A stretch of 63,872 bases of DNA from Malacoraja senta (lineage: Eukaryota). Under the pieces are notes generated by a model. The model saw only the letters and a list, made by a program, of their open reading frames with translations, was not told where the DNA came from and did no database searches. The position numbers and the translations under genes are program-made. Positions 1 to 11,648 of the stretch are shown here, piece after piece. Location of the stretch: contig JAXLNO010001025.1 of the NCBI GenBank assembly GCA_038087875.1, forward strand, positions 186,001 through 249,872. The letters run 5' to 3'. Positions within the stretch are counted from its first letter, which is position 1. The number at the start of each line of letters is the position of its first letter.

Positions 1-359
1 TTGGAGATAGACTTTGCTGCTGTCCGCGGAAACCTCGAATCGGCCGCTGAAGGCAGGCGCGTAATATATGAGACTATCCGACCCTAACCCCACCCACTCC
101 AGCCCTTTCCCCGAGACCTGTTTCACCCAGCTCACTCCGTAGTGGCGGAGGCTGAACCCGCTGATTACACAGGTCAGTTTGTGGGACTCTCCGGACTTTG
201 CCACCGCGGTCGGGGTCTGATTCAGCACGACCGCGGATCGAACGCCTGCCAATAAAAGAGAAACAAAGTTGAATAAACAGTTGAAGAGGCAGAGGGTGAA
301 AGAGTGTCCGAGAAGCAGCCCGGCCCCGAGTGGGGGTGACGCCGCGGGGGGACACCCAC

Positions 360-405
360 CTGGCAGACAGGACAGAAGGAGACAGAGATAAGCAGCGACC
401 CCCAT
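360..405 (-). CDS. Probable first coding exon (signal peptide MGVAAYLCLLLSCLP + G) of an unidentified secreted or membrane protein gene that runs off the left edge
   Basis: Minus strand reads gagtgATG GGG GTC GCT GCT TAT CTC TGT CTC CTT CTG TCC TGT CTG CCA G|GTGGGT. This is a hydrophobic 15-mer ending in a phase-1 donor, in CpG-rich context, with a TATA-like box about 90 nt upstream. Confidence 0.6.
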
Positions 406-495
406 CACTCTGAGCACTGACACACACACTTGGACACTCGAGGAATGGGCGGCTTCAGCTCAGGCCGGCTTTGTCGGGAGCAGCAGTCAGCGCTG

Positions 496-503
496 TTTAA
501 ATA
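496..503 (-). promoter_or_regulatory. TATA-like box (TATTTAAA) upstream of the signal-peptide exon
   Basis: Reverse complement of tttaaata at 496-503. Spacing allows a TSS near 470 and a 5'UTR of about 65 nt. Confidence 0.45.
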
Positions 504-774
504 GGCAAGTGAGCTGTGACTGTGAGGGAGGGAGCCGCGGCTTGAACCGGTTCCCCACCCACTGAAACCAGAGGCGCGGCTTCCTGTCCCTGCTCCCAGC
601 ACCCAGTTCAATTCCCCAAAAGATGTTTGTCTCCACAACAGGCGGCGGGTGGAGGGGCAATGATGAGATCCGGATTAAAGATTGATCCCACTCTGCTCCA
701 TCCACTCATTACAATGCTGAACACTTTGTGGAGCAAGAGGACACTCAGATACCCCAGTGAGGGGCTGAGTTAAA

Positions 775-1070
775 AGTCGGTGTACAGATATCCCCCTGAG
801 AGAGAGGGACACCTGTCAATGTAGATATCCCCTTGGGAGAGAGGGGCTAAGGTTCACCGGTCAGTGTACAGATATCCCCCTGAGAGAGACCAGTCAGTGT
901 ACAGATATCCCCTTGGGAGAGAGGGGCTAAGGTTCACCGGTCAGTGTACAGATATCCCCCTGAGAGAGAGGACTGAGAGACACCGGTCAGTGTCCAGATA
1001 TCCTGGTGAGAGAGAGGGACGGAGAGACACCAATTAGTGCAGATATCCATATCAATGAGAGGACTGAGAG
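775..1070. repeat. Degenerate minisatellite, unit approximately cagtgtacagatatccccctgagagagaggg; further clusters at about 2353-2545 and 2764-2925
   Basis: The gt(a/c)cagatatcccc...gagagag motif recurs directly many times across three clusters. Confidence 0.8.
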
Positions 1071-1072
1071 AG

Positions 1073-1290
1073 TTTGAGTTGAGTTAATTGTCACATGTAC
1101 CGAGGTACAGTGAAAAGCTTTAGTTGTGTGTTAACCAGACAACAGACGGACAATACATGATTACAATCGAGCACAGTGAACAGAAACATGACGAAGGGAA
1201 TAACATGAATAAAGGTCAGTGCAAGATAAAACCAGTAAATTCCGATGAAAGATAGTCCGAGGGTCTCCAATGAGGTAGATAGAGCACAGA
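1073..1290 (-). mobile_element. 3' tail of a Rex1/Babar-like LINE (a plus-strand copy of the same tail lies at about 2160-2272)
   Basis: Reverse complement ends ...cttttcactgtacctcggtacatgtgacaattaactc(aactc)n. A similar tail follows Rex1-like RT sequence at 27120-27390. Confidence 0.6.
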
Positions 1291-1304
1291 AGTCAAGCTA
1301 CAAC

Positions 1305-2157
1305 AGCCAGTCGTGATGCTATGAATGAAGTCCATCTACTCCTATATCGGCGACAATCTACGACAATGTATGACCATACCGACGACAAGCTACGACCATA
1401 CCGGCAACATGCTATGACAGCTGGCGACCATCGGCAACAGTTGACCCGACTAGCTACACCAGGCTACGACAGTGGCTCCTCTGTGGGTCTCCTTTTTCTC
1501 CAGGAGAGGGCCCACCCAGTGTCTTCATCTCCTGAAACAGCTCAGGGGGAAGCCTGGTGAAGTTTCTGAAGGCAGCCTCATCTTCTTGCTGGAGCTCAGT
1601 CATCAGGTTGTCATACTAGCCCAACCTGGGTCTCTACAGGGACAAGGGCTTCAACCACACACACCACTTCTTGGGCTTCCTCTTCCCCATTCTTCTTGTC
1701 CTTCTGTCTTGCTGATCTTTAAGCATGAGGGCTGCTGCAAGCAGCAGGGCTTCTTCTAATGAGAGCAATGCCCTCAGATGTTGGAAACAATACATCCACT
1801 TTTATAACTGGGTGATTCCATTGTTTTGGAGGCCAAAATGACATGAATTGTCTTCAGTTGTCTCCGACAGTCGTAACTTGCTGTGGCTTGTCGCGGGTGG
1901 ACGTAGGTTGACTTCGGTTGTCTCCTGTGTAGTCGTAGATTGTCGTATGTGTCGTCGTAGGTTGTCGTAGGTGGACGTCCCAAGTCGTGACGCTTGGGTC
2001 ACCGGTTGTTGGTAGCTTGCCTTAGCTTGACGTCGACTAGGTGGTAGGTTGTTGTAGTTTGTTGTAGACATTGTTGTACGGGGTCCAGTCGCCGTTTTTT
2101 CGGCGACCTGCTACCAATATGACAGTCGCAGGCAGTCGCCTAACTGGGACAGGCCCT
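1305..2157 (-). mobile_element. PIF/Harbinger DNA transposon deletion derivative with a decayed transposase N-terminus
   Basis: Terminus tgggacaggccct followed by TAA at 2158-2160. Minus-strand translation of about 1480-1770 gives KKWCVWLKPLSL*RPRLG*YDNLMTELQQEDEAAFRNFTRLPPELFQE...VGPLLEKKETH, typical of Harbinger transposase N-termini. Subterminal cgac/gtcg repeats. Left TIR not found. Confidence 0.8.
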
Positions 2158-2547
2158 TAAATGGCTTAATTGTAATCATGCATTGTCCTTCTGCTGCCAG
2201 ATTATCACACAACAAAAGCTTTTCACAGTGCCTCGGTGCACATGAGAATCAACTGAACTGAACTGAACTGAAGTCAATGATGCAGTTGCAGAGGTGAGTA
2301 CTGACTCCAAGTCCCTCGAGTTTGGTGATGAGCTTGGCTGCTATAATGGTATCAGACTGTAGATATCCCATGAAAGAGTGTACAGCTATACCCTTGACAG
2401 GGGAGAGGGGGAGGGGGAGAGGGGGGGAAGGGGGGGAGGCGGGGAGAGGGAGAGAGAGCGCTAGCTGTCAGTGTACAAATATGCCAAGAGAGAGGCACTG
2501 AGAGACACTGGTCAGTGTACAGATATCCCCATGAGAGAGAGACATTG

Positions 2548-2765
2548 GTCAGTGTAGAACAGAAACATAGAAAAATAGGTACAGGAGTAGGCCATTTGGC
2601 CCTTCTGATCATGGCTGATCATCTAAAATCAGTACCCCGTTCCTGCTTTATCCCCATATTCCTTCATTCATTTAGCACTAAGAGCTTAATCTAACTCATG
2701 AAAACATCCAGTGAATTGGCCTCCACTGCCATCTGTGGCAGAGAATTCCACAGATTCACAACTCA
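2548..2765 (-). mobile_element. CR1 (HER1-like) LINE 3' end fragment
   Basis: tagaaacatagaaaaatagg...ggccatttggccc...atcatggctgatc tail, shared with other CR1 copies in the window. Confidence 0.8.
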
Positions 2766-3479
2766 GTGTACAGATATCAAGCTGAGAGAGAGTAAGGTTC
2801 ACCAGTCAGTTTACAGATAACCCTCTGAGAGAGAGAGAGAGATAGAAAGAGAGAGAGAGAGAGACTGAAAGCTGCAGAGAAACTGTGAGCAGTGTAAAGT
2901 TATCCCCCTGAGAGAGATTGACTGGGAGAACCCATGCAGTGAGGTAAAGGGACTGAATTGATAAAACTAATTTGCAGAATCATCTGCCTCCACTAACCTT
3001 GGAAGAATCAATGTGAACCAGAATTACTTGGGTGGAAGGAGGATTATATATTGGTGAGGAATTTACTCTCCCAGAGATTAAAACTACTGGACTACTGGAC
3101 AGGTGTCCCCTCGCTACTGATAGAAAACCCTTTGATCTGTGTCAGCCATGGGTCTTTTGATGCAAGTTTTCAAGAACAGGAAGTGCAACACTAAGAGAAG
3201 CAGTTGTACTGAGAAACAGGAGGCTGCCCAGTCAAGGGGGCAGCCAAGTGCTGCTGGACGGGTCAATGGCAGGAAATCCCAGGGAGAGACGTTCTGTGGA
3301 GCATCTGTTCCTTCTTCAGAATGGTCTCACAACAGTTCTAAATCATGCACCTCCAACAGACATAGAGCAACAAACACAGCTCAATCCAACTCCCATGGCA
3401 GCTAAACAGATGTCCTGTTACCCTTTCAACCTCACTTTAACCATTGCCATTTGTCATTTTACAGGAACTTGGGACAGTT

Positions 3480-4860
3480 AATGGAGATGTCTTGAGGATA
3501 TGCGTATTATGGACATGGAGGTGCTCGATGTCCTCAGGCGTATGACAGTAGATAAGACCTATGAAGATTGTACAAACATTGATGCTGGAATGCATTACCA
3601 GGGGAAGTTGTGGAAGCAGATACAACACAATGATTAAAAGGCATTTAGAGAGATTAGACATTCAGTATTTTCTTTCTCCTGGGGTATGAATGTTTTGGTT
3701 CCACTTGTATTCCAAAGTATGCTTTGCCTCACATCAGTGGTAGGGATACAATTGGAGACGATTCTTTGGGATAGGATTTACTACCATTTGGAAGACAATG
3801 GGCTAGTTAGGAACCATCAGTATGGCTTTGTACGCCACAGATCATGTCTTACTAACTTGAATGATTTTTTTGAGGAGGTGAAAATAGGTGATCGATGATG
3901 GTAAGGCAGTGGATGTTGTCTATATGGACCTTAGTAAGGCATTTGAGAAAGTTCTCCAAGGTTGGTTGTCCAAGAAGGTAAAAATGCATGGCATTCATAG
4001 TAATTTCCTGGTCCGAGAACACTGATGCAATTATTAAGAAAGCACATCAGCGCCTCTACTTCCTGAGAAGATTACGGAGAGTCGGTATGTCAAGGAGGAC
4101 TCTCTCTAACCTCTACAGGTGCATAGTAGAGAGCATGCTGATTGGTTGCATAGTGGCTTGGTTCGGCAACTTGAGCGCCCTGGAGAGGAAAAGACTACAA
4201 AAAATAGTAAACACTGCCCAGTCCATCATCGACTCTGACCTCCCTTCCATCGAGGGGATCTATCGCAGTCGCTGCCTCAAAAGGGCTGGCAGTATCATCA
4301 AGGACCCACACTATCCTGGCAACACACTCATCTCCCTGCTACCTTCAGGTAGAAGGTACAGGAGCCTGAAGACTGCAACGACCAGGTTCAGGAATAGCTA
4401 CTTCCCCACAGCCATCAGACTATTAAACTTGGCTCGGACAAAACGCTGTACATTAATAGCCCATTATCTGTTATTTGCACTTTATCAGTTTATTTATTCA
4501 AGTGTGTATATATTTATATAATGGTATATGGACACACTGATCTGTTTTGTAGTCAATGCCTACTATGTTCAGTTGTGCTGAAACAAAGCAAGAATTTCAT
4601 TGTCCTATCAGGGACACATGACAATAAACTCACGAACTTGAACTTGAACTTGATTTTGTCGTCTGGGTCAATACAGGTTTACTGATAGAAGACAGAGGGT
4701 TGTGATAAAGGGCATTATTCAGACTGGAAGTATGTGACCAGCTGAGCTCTGCAGGGATCTGTGGACAGTGAGCAAGGATGTTAAAGTATAGATCTGCGAG
4801 GAGGATGCTATGAGGCTGCAGGGTGACATGGATAGGTTGGGTAAGTGGGCAGATGCACTC
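3480..4860 (+). mobile_element. Old CR1 RT fragment interrupted by a Rex1/Babar insertion
   Basis: Translation HQYGFVRHRSCLTNLNDFFEEV...VDVVYMDLSKAF before the insertion, with CR1-like sequence resuming at about 4660. Confidence 0.7.
4005..4652 (+). mobile_element. Rex1/Babar non-LTR retrotransposon 3' fragment (RT C-terminal region, DUF1891-like)
   Basis: ORF 3988-4521 KKAHQRLYFLRRL...LLPSGRRYRS...FRNSYFPTAIRLLN, followed by a caataaac...(aacttg)n tail. Confidence 0.9.
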
Positions 4861-5427
4861 TGAAGTATAGACGGTATAGATCAGCTCAGAAATGGGCAAA
4901 GAAATGGAAAATGAGGTTTAATCTGACCAAATGCTGAGTTGTTTTTCTAAAAATGACCGATATTCTCCTCGCTTGCATGAAGCACATCTCTTCATTGTCC
5001 TCTGTCTTCAGAGTCAGTCCTATTGGTCTGTTATCTTTTCAGTAATGTAAGAATTGTTTATAGGTGTTGGTCCTTAAGTCAGGAACATATTTCCATATGT
5101 CAAGCAGCCTGCTTGTTCTTTTTAGCAAGTCTGTCCCTGTGGGAGGCCCCCCTGTTCAGATTAAGACAAGCTGCCATCTCCAACAGGAAATCTGAGGTGA
5201 AGGAAATAGTGCCCACATCACTGTCCAGTTTCACACACCCGTCAACAGTCAAAATATGAAACGTGTTTCTGGTAAATCAACAGCTGCATGCATAAATTGT
5301 GTTCAAATTTGTCCCATGCATAGAGGATCAGTAAAAAGGTTCTTCAGCCCTCCAGCCCGTCCCCACTCTCTGCTGATCTGTGTTTGAACTCCATTTATCC
5401 ACCTTGGTTCTATGTCCTTTAATCACC

Positions 5428-7474
5428 AAAGAAGGTGGCTCAACCGTGGCTGACGAGGAAAATTAGGGATAGTGTTAAATCCAAGAAAGAGGCGTATAAA
5501 TTAAGAGGAAGCAGCAAACCAGAGGACTGGGGGAAATTTAGAATTCAACAGAGGAGGACAAAAGGGGTTAATTAAGAGGGAAAAATAGTATGAAAGAAAG
5601 CTTGTGGGGGATATAAAAACTGACCGCAACAACATTTTTTGATACTGTACTGTATGTGAAGAGGAAAATATTAGTGAAGACAAATGTAGGTCCCTCACAG
5701 TCAGAAACAGATGAATTTATAATGGGAAACAAGGAAATGGTCGACCAGTTAAACAAGTACTTTGGTTCTGTCTTCACTTAGGAAGACACAAACAATCTCT
5801 CAGAAATACTAGGGGACTCAGGATCTGGCGTGATGGAGGAACTGAAGGAAATTGACATTAGTCATGAAATGGTGTTGGGAAACTGTTGGGACTGAAGGCC
5901 GATGAATCCCCAGGGCCTGATGGTCTGCATCCCAGAGTACACAAGGAGGTGGCCATAGATATCGTGGATGCATTAGTGATCATTTTCCAAAGTTCTATAG
6001 GCTCTGGATCAGTTCCTGTGGACTGGAGGGTAGCTAATGTAACCTTACTTTTTAAGAAAGGAGGGAGAGAGAAAACAGGGAATTATAGACCAGTTAGCCT
6101 TCCATTGATAGTGGGGAAGATGTTTGAGTCGATTATTAAATATGTAATAGCAGCACATTTGAAAAGCAGTGACAGGATCGGTCAGTCAGCATGGACTTAT
6201 GAAGGGGAAATCATCCTTGACTAATCTTCTGGACATTTTTGAGGATGTAACAAGTAGAATGGATAAGGGAGAGCCAGTGGATGTGGTTTTATCTGGACGT
6301 TCAAAAAGCCTTTGACAAGGTCCCACACAAGAGATTCGTATGCAAAATGAGAGCACAGTATTGGGGGTAGGGTACTGACATGGATAGAAAACTGGTTGGC
6401 AGACAGGAAGCAAAGAGTAGGAATTAACATGTCCTTTGCAGAATGGCAGGCAATGACGAGTGGGGTGTCGCAAGGCTTGATACTGGGACCCCAATTATTT
6501 ACAATATATATTAACAATTTAGTCAAGGGAATCAAATGTAACATCTCCACGTTTGCGGATGACATAAAGCTGGGTGGCAGTGTGAGCTGCGAGGAGGATG
6601 CTATGAGGCTGTAGGGTGACTTGGATAGGTTGGGTGAGTGGGCAGTTGCATTGCAGATGCAGTATAATGTGGATAAATGTGAGGTTATCTACTTTGGTGG
6701 CAAGAACAGGAAGGCAGATAATTATCTGAATGGTGTCAGATGAGGAAAAGAGGAAGTGCAGCGAGACCTGGGTTTCCCTGTACATCAATCACTGACAGTA
6801 AGCATGCAGGAACAGCAGGCAGTGAAGAAAGCTAATGGCATTTAGGCCTTCATACAGTGAGGATTTGAGTAAATGAGCAAGAAGGTCCTACTGTAGTTGT
6901 ACAGGGCCCTGGTGAGACCGCACCTGGAGTATTATTGTGTGCAGTTTTGTTCTTCTAATTTGTGGAAGGACATTCTTGCTATTGAGGGAGTGCAGCATAG
7001 GTTCACCAGGTTCATTCCCAGGATGGCGCAACTGACATATGATGAAAGAATGCGTCGACTGGGCTTGTATTCACTGGAATTTAGAAAGATGAGAGGGGAT
7101 CTTATAGGAACATATAAAATTCTTCAGGGATTGGACAGGCTAAATGCAGGAAAAATGCTCCCGATGTTGGGGGAGTCCAGAACCAGAGTTTCAGAATAAG
7201 GGGTAGGCCATTTAGGACTGAGATGAGGAAAAACGTTTTCACCCATAAAGTTATGAATCTGTGGAATTCTCTGCCACAGAAAGCAATGGAGGCCAAATCG
7301 CTGGATGTTTTCAAGAGAGTTAGATATAGTTCTTTGGGCTAATGGAATGAAGGGATATGGGGAAAAACAGGAACAGGTTACTGATTTTGGATGATCAGCC
7401 ATGATCATATTGAATGGCAGCGCTGGCACGAAGGGCTGAATGGCCTACTCCTGCACCTATTTTCTATGTTTCTA
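5428..7474 (+). mobile_element. 5'-truncated CR1 LINE with a disrupted ORF2 RT
   Basis: ORF fragments SPGPDGLHPRV..., VSQGLILGPQLF...FADDIKL and RPHLEY, then the CR1 3' tail ctatgtttcta. Confidence 0.93.
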
Positions 7475-7776
7475 ACATTCTGTCCATGTGGAAACTTTCA
7501 ACTGAACCCCAGACTTGACAGCTTCCAGGGTTTCCAGTGCCCTCAATATCCTGGATGCCATGTTTATGTTTTTGTCCTTGTTTGGATCCACAGCAGAGGA
7601 AGCAGATTCTTCGTCTGCTCCAGTGCATCCAGTGATTATTTTAATCTCCCCAATTACACCTTCAATTCTCCACACCTCAGGCAGCATAGAACCAGACCTG
7701 ATATTCCAACCACTGCTCTCCCACTGCCACTGTCCCTGGAGGGGATGCACCCGCTGCACCACCTCCAAGGACACAC

Positions 7777-8524
7777 ATCCGTCTTCACTAAGGAGGACAC
7801 AAACAATTTTCCTGATGTACTAGTGGCCAGAGGATCTGCGGTGATGGAGGAACGGAAGGAAATCCACATTAGGCAGGAAATGGTGTCGGGTAGACTGATG
7901 GGACTGAAGGCTGATACATCCCCAGGGTTTGATGGTCTGCATCCCAGGGCACTTAAGGAAGTGGCTCTAGAAATCGTGGACGCATTGGTGTTCATTTTCC
8001 AATGTTCTATAGATTCAGGATCAGTTCCTGTGGATTGGAGGGTAGCTAATGTTATTCCATGTTTTAAAGAAAGGCGGGAGAGAGAAAACAGGGAATTATA
8101 GACCAATTAGCCAGACCGGTGGTGGGGAAGATGCTGGAGTCAATCATAAGGCATTTGATAAGATCCCACATAGGAGATTAGTGGGCAAAATTAGGGCACA
8201 TGGTATTAGGTGTAGACTGCTGACATCAATAGAAAATTGGTTGGCAGACAGGAAACAAAGAGTAGGGATTAACAGGTCCCTTTCAAAATGGCAGGTAGTG
8301 ACTGGTGGGGTACCGCAAGGCTCGGTTCTGGGACCACAGTTATTTACAATATATAGTAACAATTTAGACGAGGGATTTATATGTAACATCTCCAAGTTTG
8401 CGGATGACACAAAGCTGGGAGGCAGTGTGAACTGTGAGGAGGATGCTATGAGAATGCAGAGGGACTTGGACTAGTTGGGTGAGTGGGCAGATGCATGGCA
8501 GATGCAGTGTAATGTGGATAAATG
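7777..8524 (+). mobile_element. Internally deleted CR1 ORF2 fragment
   Basis: PGFDGLHPRALKEV, VPQGSVLGPQLF and FADDTKL motifs. Confidence 0.9.
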
Positions 8525-8700
8525 CAGGGCTGCCAACTCTCACGCTTTGAGTGTGAGAGTCACACATTTCAGCCAATTATCACGCCCTCATGCTGCTGAC
8601 ATAATTCTCACGCTGTCTTCAGTCCCTGCACAGCAAAGATCCTATAGCGGAGCTGTAGGTCTGGGGAAGCTCATGGGTTGACGGCTGTGAGTGACGTTGC
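8525..8700 (+). mobile_element. hAT-like transposon end (CAGGGCTGCCAACTCTCACGC); a second copy lies at 10213-10320
   Basis: Two similar termini with ctcacgc subterminal repeats. A CAGGG start is typical of hAT TIRs. Partner ends not found. Confidence 0.55.
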
Positions 8701-8939
8701 GTCTCTTCTCTCTTGCTCGGATGTGCAGCCGCCGACAACATGAAGCAGCCGGAGATAGAATGGGGAAGCTCCCGGGCAGCGGGTGTCAGCGCCTCTGTGC
8801 GCCGGCTGCGAGCGCTGCGCTGCCGGCCACCGCTGCAGCCTCGCTCCCTTCCTCCCTCCTGCCCTTCAGCTCACATGGCAGCACCAGCGCCGCCAATCCA
8901 CGCTGCATCGTGCCCGCCAGAATCCCCATTGGGCGTCCG

Positions 8940-9432
8940 GGGAGAGAAAGGGAGGGGAGAAAGAGAGAGAGAGAGGGAAAGAAAAAATGGCATGGAGGCA
9001 AAGAGAGACGGGGAGGGAATGTTGAAAGGAGATGAAGGGGGGAAGGAGAAATGGAAGAAAGAGGGAGGGTGAGGAAAGAGAGGGAGGGGGAGGAAAGAGG
9101 GAGGGAGGGGGAGGAAAGAGGGAGGAAAGAGGGAGGGAGATGGAGAGGGAGGAAAGAGGGAGGAGGGGGAAGGAAAGGTGTGTGTGTATGTGTGTCTGCC
9201 TGTGTGTGCCTCCCTATGTGTGTCTCCATGTGTGTGTTTCTCCCTGTGTGTGTGTGTGTGTGGATATCTTTCTCCCTGTGTGTGTCTCCCTGTGTGTGTG
9301 TGTGTGTGTATATCTTTCTCCCTGTGTGTGTCTCCCTGTATATGTGTGTCTGTCTCCCTGTGTGTGTCTCCTTGTGTGTGTGTGTCTCCCTGTGTGTGTG
9401 TGTGTGTCTGTCTCCCTGTGTGTCTCCTTGCG
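8940..9432. repeat. GA-rich tract followed by a (TG/TC)n microsatellite abutting the assembly gap
   Basis: Direct inspection. Confidence 0.95.
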
Positions 9433-9595
9433 NNNNNNNNNNNNNNNNNNNNNNNNNNNNNNNNNNNNNNNNNNNNNNNNNNNNNNNNNNNNNNNNNNNN
9501 NNNNNNNNNNNNNNNNNNNNNNNNNNNNNNNNNNNNNNNNNNNNNNNNNNNNNNNNNNNNNNNNNNNNNNNNNNNNNNNNNNNNNNNNNNNNNNN
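9433..9595. other. Assembly gap (163 N)
   Basis: Run of N. Confidence 1.
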
Positions 9596-9602
9596 TCTAG
9601 GA

Positions 9603-9848
9603 GAGGGTTCGGCAACCTACGGCACACGGGCTGAATCCAGCCCGTAACCTGAAAAAACGCGTATATTATTTCAATTCATTTTCGCGGGGTCGGGGCAGGC
9701 GAGCCGACCTGGGAACTGCAGCCAGTCCCGGGGACACGAGCCGACCTGGGAACTGCAGCCAGTCCCGGGGACACGAGCCGACCAGGGAACTGCAGCCAGT
9801 CTCTGGGATGCGAGCTGACCTGGGAACTGCAGCCAGTCCCTGGGCACG
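9603..9848 (+). repeat. hAT-Charlie-like end followed by four copies of a 37-bp tandem repeat (9701-9848)
   Basis: gggttcggcaacctacggcac...gggc..aatcc.gcccg resembles a Charlie/MER58-type terminus. Repeat unit gagccgacctgggaactgcagccagtcccggggacac. Confidence 0.7.
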
Positions 9849-10610
9849 TGCAGAATGACAACTTGATCATTTTGGACAAATTGGGCCAACCATGTACATG
9901 TTGTATAACGCTTACTCTATGCAGATCTGAATGGGCTTAGAATGACCATTTAAGCAAAATTGCCCCCACTTTTGCCATTTTGAATCTTGAGATTAATATC
10001 CCTTTGCTCTGTTAACAGCATTAAAGTACTGATGAGGTAGAGTCAGGAAAGAGAACATGTTATTTTTTTAGTTTGCATTAATTTGTTAGTTGGTTGTTAG
10101 TTGACTGCCATAATTTCTGAAATGGTCTTAAAGTAACTTAACTGTTAAAAAGCAGTAATAAGTGATTTTTGTCCAAACAATTGGAACTTGCATAAAATGT
10201 TTGCATTATTAGCAGGGCTACCAACTCTCACGCATTGAGGATGAGACACGCATTTCACAAAATTCTCACGTTCTCACGCTGATCACAAATTTCTCATGCT
10301 CAAAAATCTGCAGATCCTGGAAGATCAAAATAAAGCAAAAATTGTTTTAGAGGTAAGTAAAAACCATGAGGGGAATATAAGGTGAATGCATAGTCTTTTT
10401 CCCGGCATTTGCAATTCAAGAACTAGAGGGCATTGGTTTAAAGCAGGGCTGTCAAACTACCGGCCTGCCGGATGATTTTGGGGGGGAAAAAAAGTAGTTT
10501 AGTTTCTCCTGTGCAGATGAGGTGAGACACGGCGGTGGTCCCAGCACCAACCCCCCTCTCCCTTCCCCCCCAAGGCATGGCACACACCTCCCACCCTCAC
10601 CTCCGGCGGC

Positions 10611-10688
10611 TTTATATCCGTCAGCCACCCTGTCCACACCCCATGGAGTTTTAACCCCAGCCCGGAGCCAGGAACAGACCGGGTGAGT
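10611..10688 (+). promoter_or_regulatory. Candidate promoter and short non-coding first exon in a CpG-rich island
   Basis: tttatat at 10611-10617 and a consensus donor CGG|GTGAGT at 10683. CpG-rich from about 10500 to 10890. Confidence 0.35.
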
Positions 10689-11571
10689 GGGGACGTCGGT
10701 GCCACATCCGGAGCCGCGGGGATGAATCTCGGGCTAAGGCTCCGCTCCGATGCCCGACACCCGGGTCACTGACCCTCACCTCCCCCGGACCCCAGCTGGA
10801 CAATGAGCACCTGGGCCGGCCCGCATTCCCGGGAGGGTGGGAGGGAAACGCTCCCCGGGCATCGCCAAGTCTCCGCTCACTCCAGATGTTTTCGCCGCTT
10901 CACTGACACACACTCTCATACACACACACACTGGCACACACAAGGTTTAAAGGGATATAGGCCAAATGCGGATAAATGGGACTAGTTTATATGGGGCATC
11001 TTGAACTGCATGAACAAGTTGGGATGAGGGGCCTGTTTCCATGCTGTAAGCATGTAGAAAGGGTGCAATTGCTCTGGAGAGGATCCAGGGGCGATTTATG
11101 AAGAGTTGGCAGGGCTGGAATTTTTTTTTTCATTTTGAAGAAAGATTTGATAACTGGGATTATATTCTCTGCAGCAACGGAGGTGAAGGAAAAACTTAGT
11201 CGCGGCGTGAAAAATATTATGAGAATAGGACCTGTTCTGCTTAACAAAGAGTGTAAGGAAGGAACTGCAGATGCTGGTTTAAACTGAAGATAGACACTAA
11301 AAACTAGAAAAACTCAGGACAGGCAGCATCACTGGAGAGAAAGAATGGTGATGTTTCGGTCGAGACCTTCAGACTGAAGAGGTTGAAAACCAGCCATTAA
11401 ACACAATGACTGGAGATGGGTGTTATCCAACTAAAGGCAGACACCAGAATCATGTGTTCATCTTTATTGATGTGACACCATAATAAATATATTACAGACA
11501 AAATTATTTAATGGGATGGCACGGTGGCACAGCTGTAGAGTTACTGTCTTACTACCACATGGGTTTTTCTC

Positions 11572-11648
11572 CAGGGCCGGATTTACGTATAAGCTTCGCA
11601 AGCTGAAGGCGAGGGACTCAAAATCTAGGGGCCTCCGGACAAGGTGTT
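11572..11648 (+). mobile_element. Truncated end of the hAT family seen complete at 42745-44363
   Basis: cagggccggatttacgtataagc...ctaggggcctcc...caaggtgtt matches 42745-42875. Confidence 0.75.

Noticed and set aside
7391-8106. 236-aa ORF
   Set aside because: It is a chance fusion of a CR1 tail, a unique spacer and a second CR1 fragment.
9701-9848. CRISPR-like appearance of the 37-bp, 30-bp (42461) and 20-bp (47040) arrays
   Set aside because: They are head-to-tail repeats without unique spacers, there are no cas genes, and the context is vertebrate.
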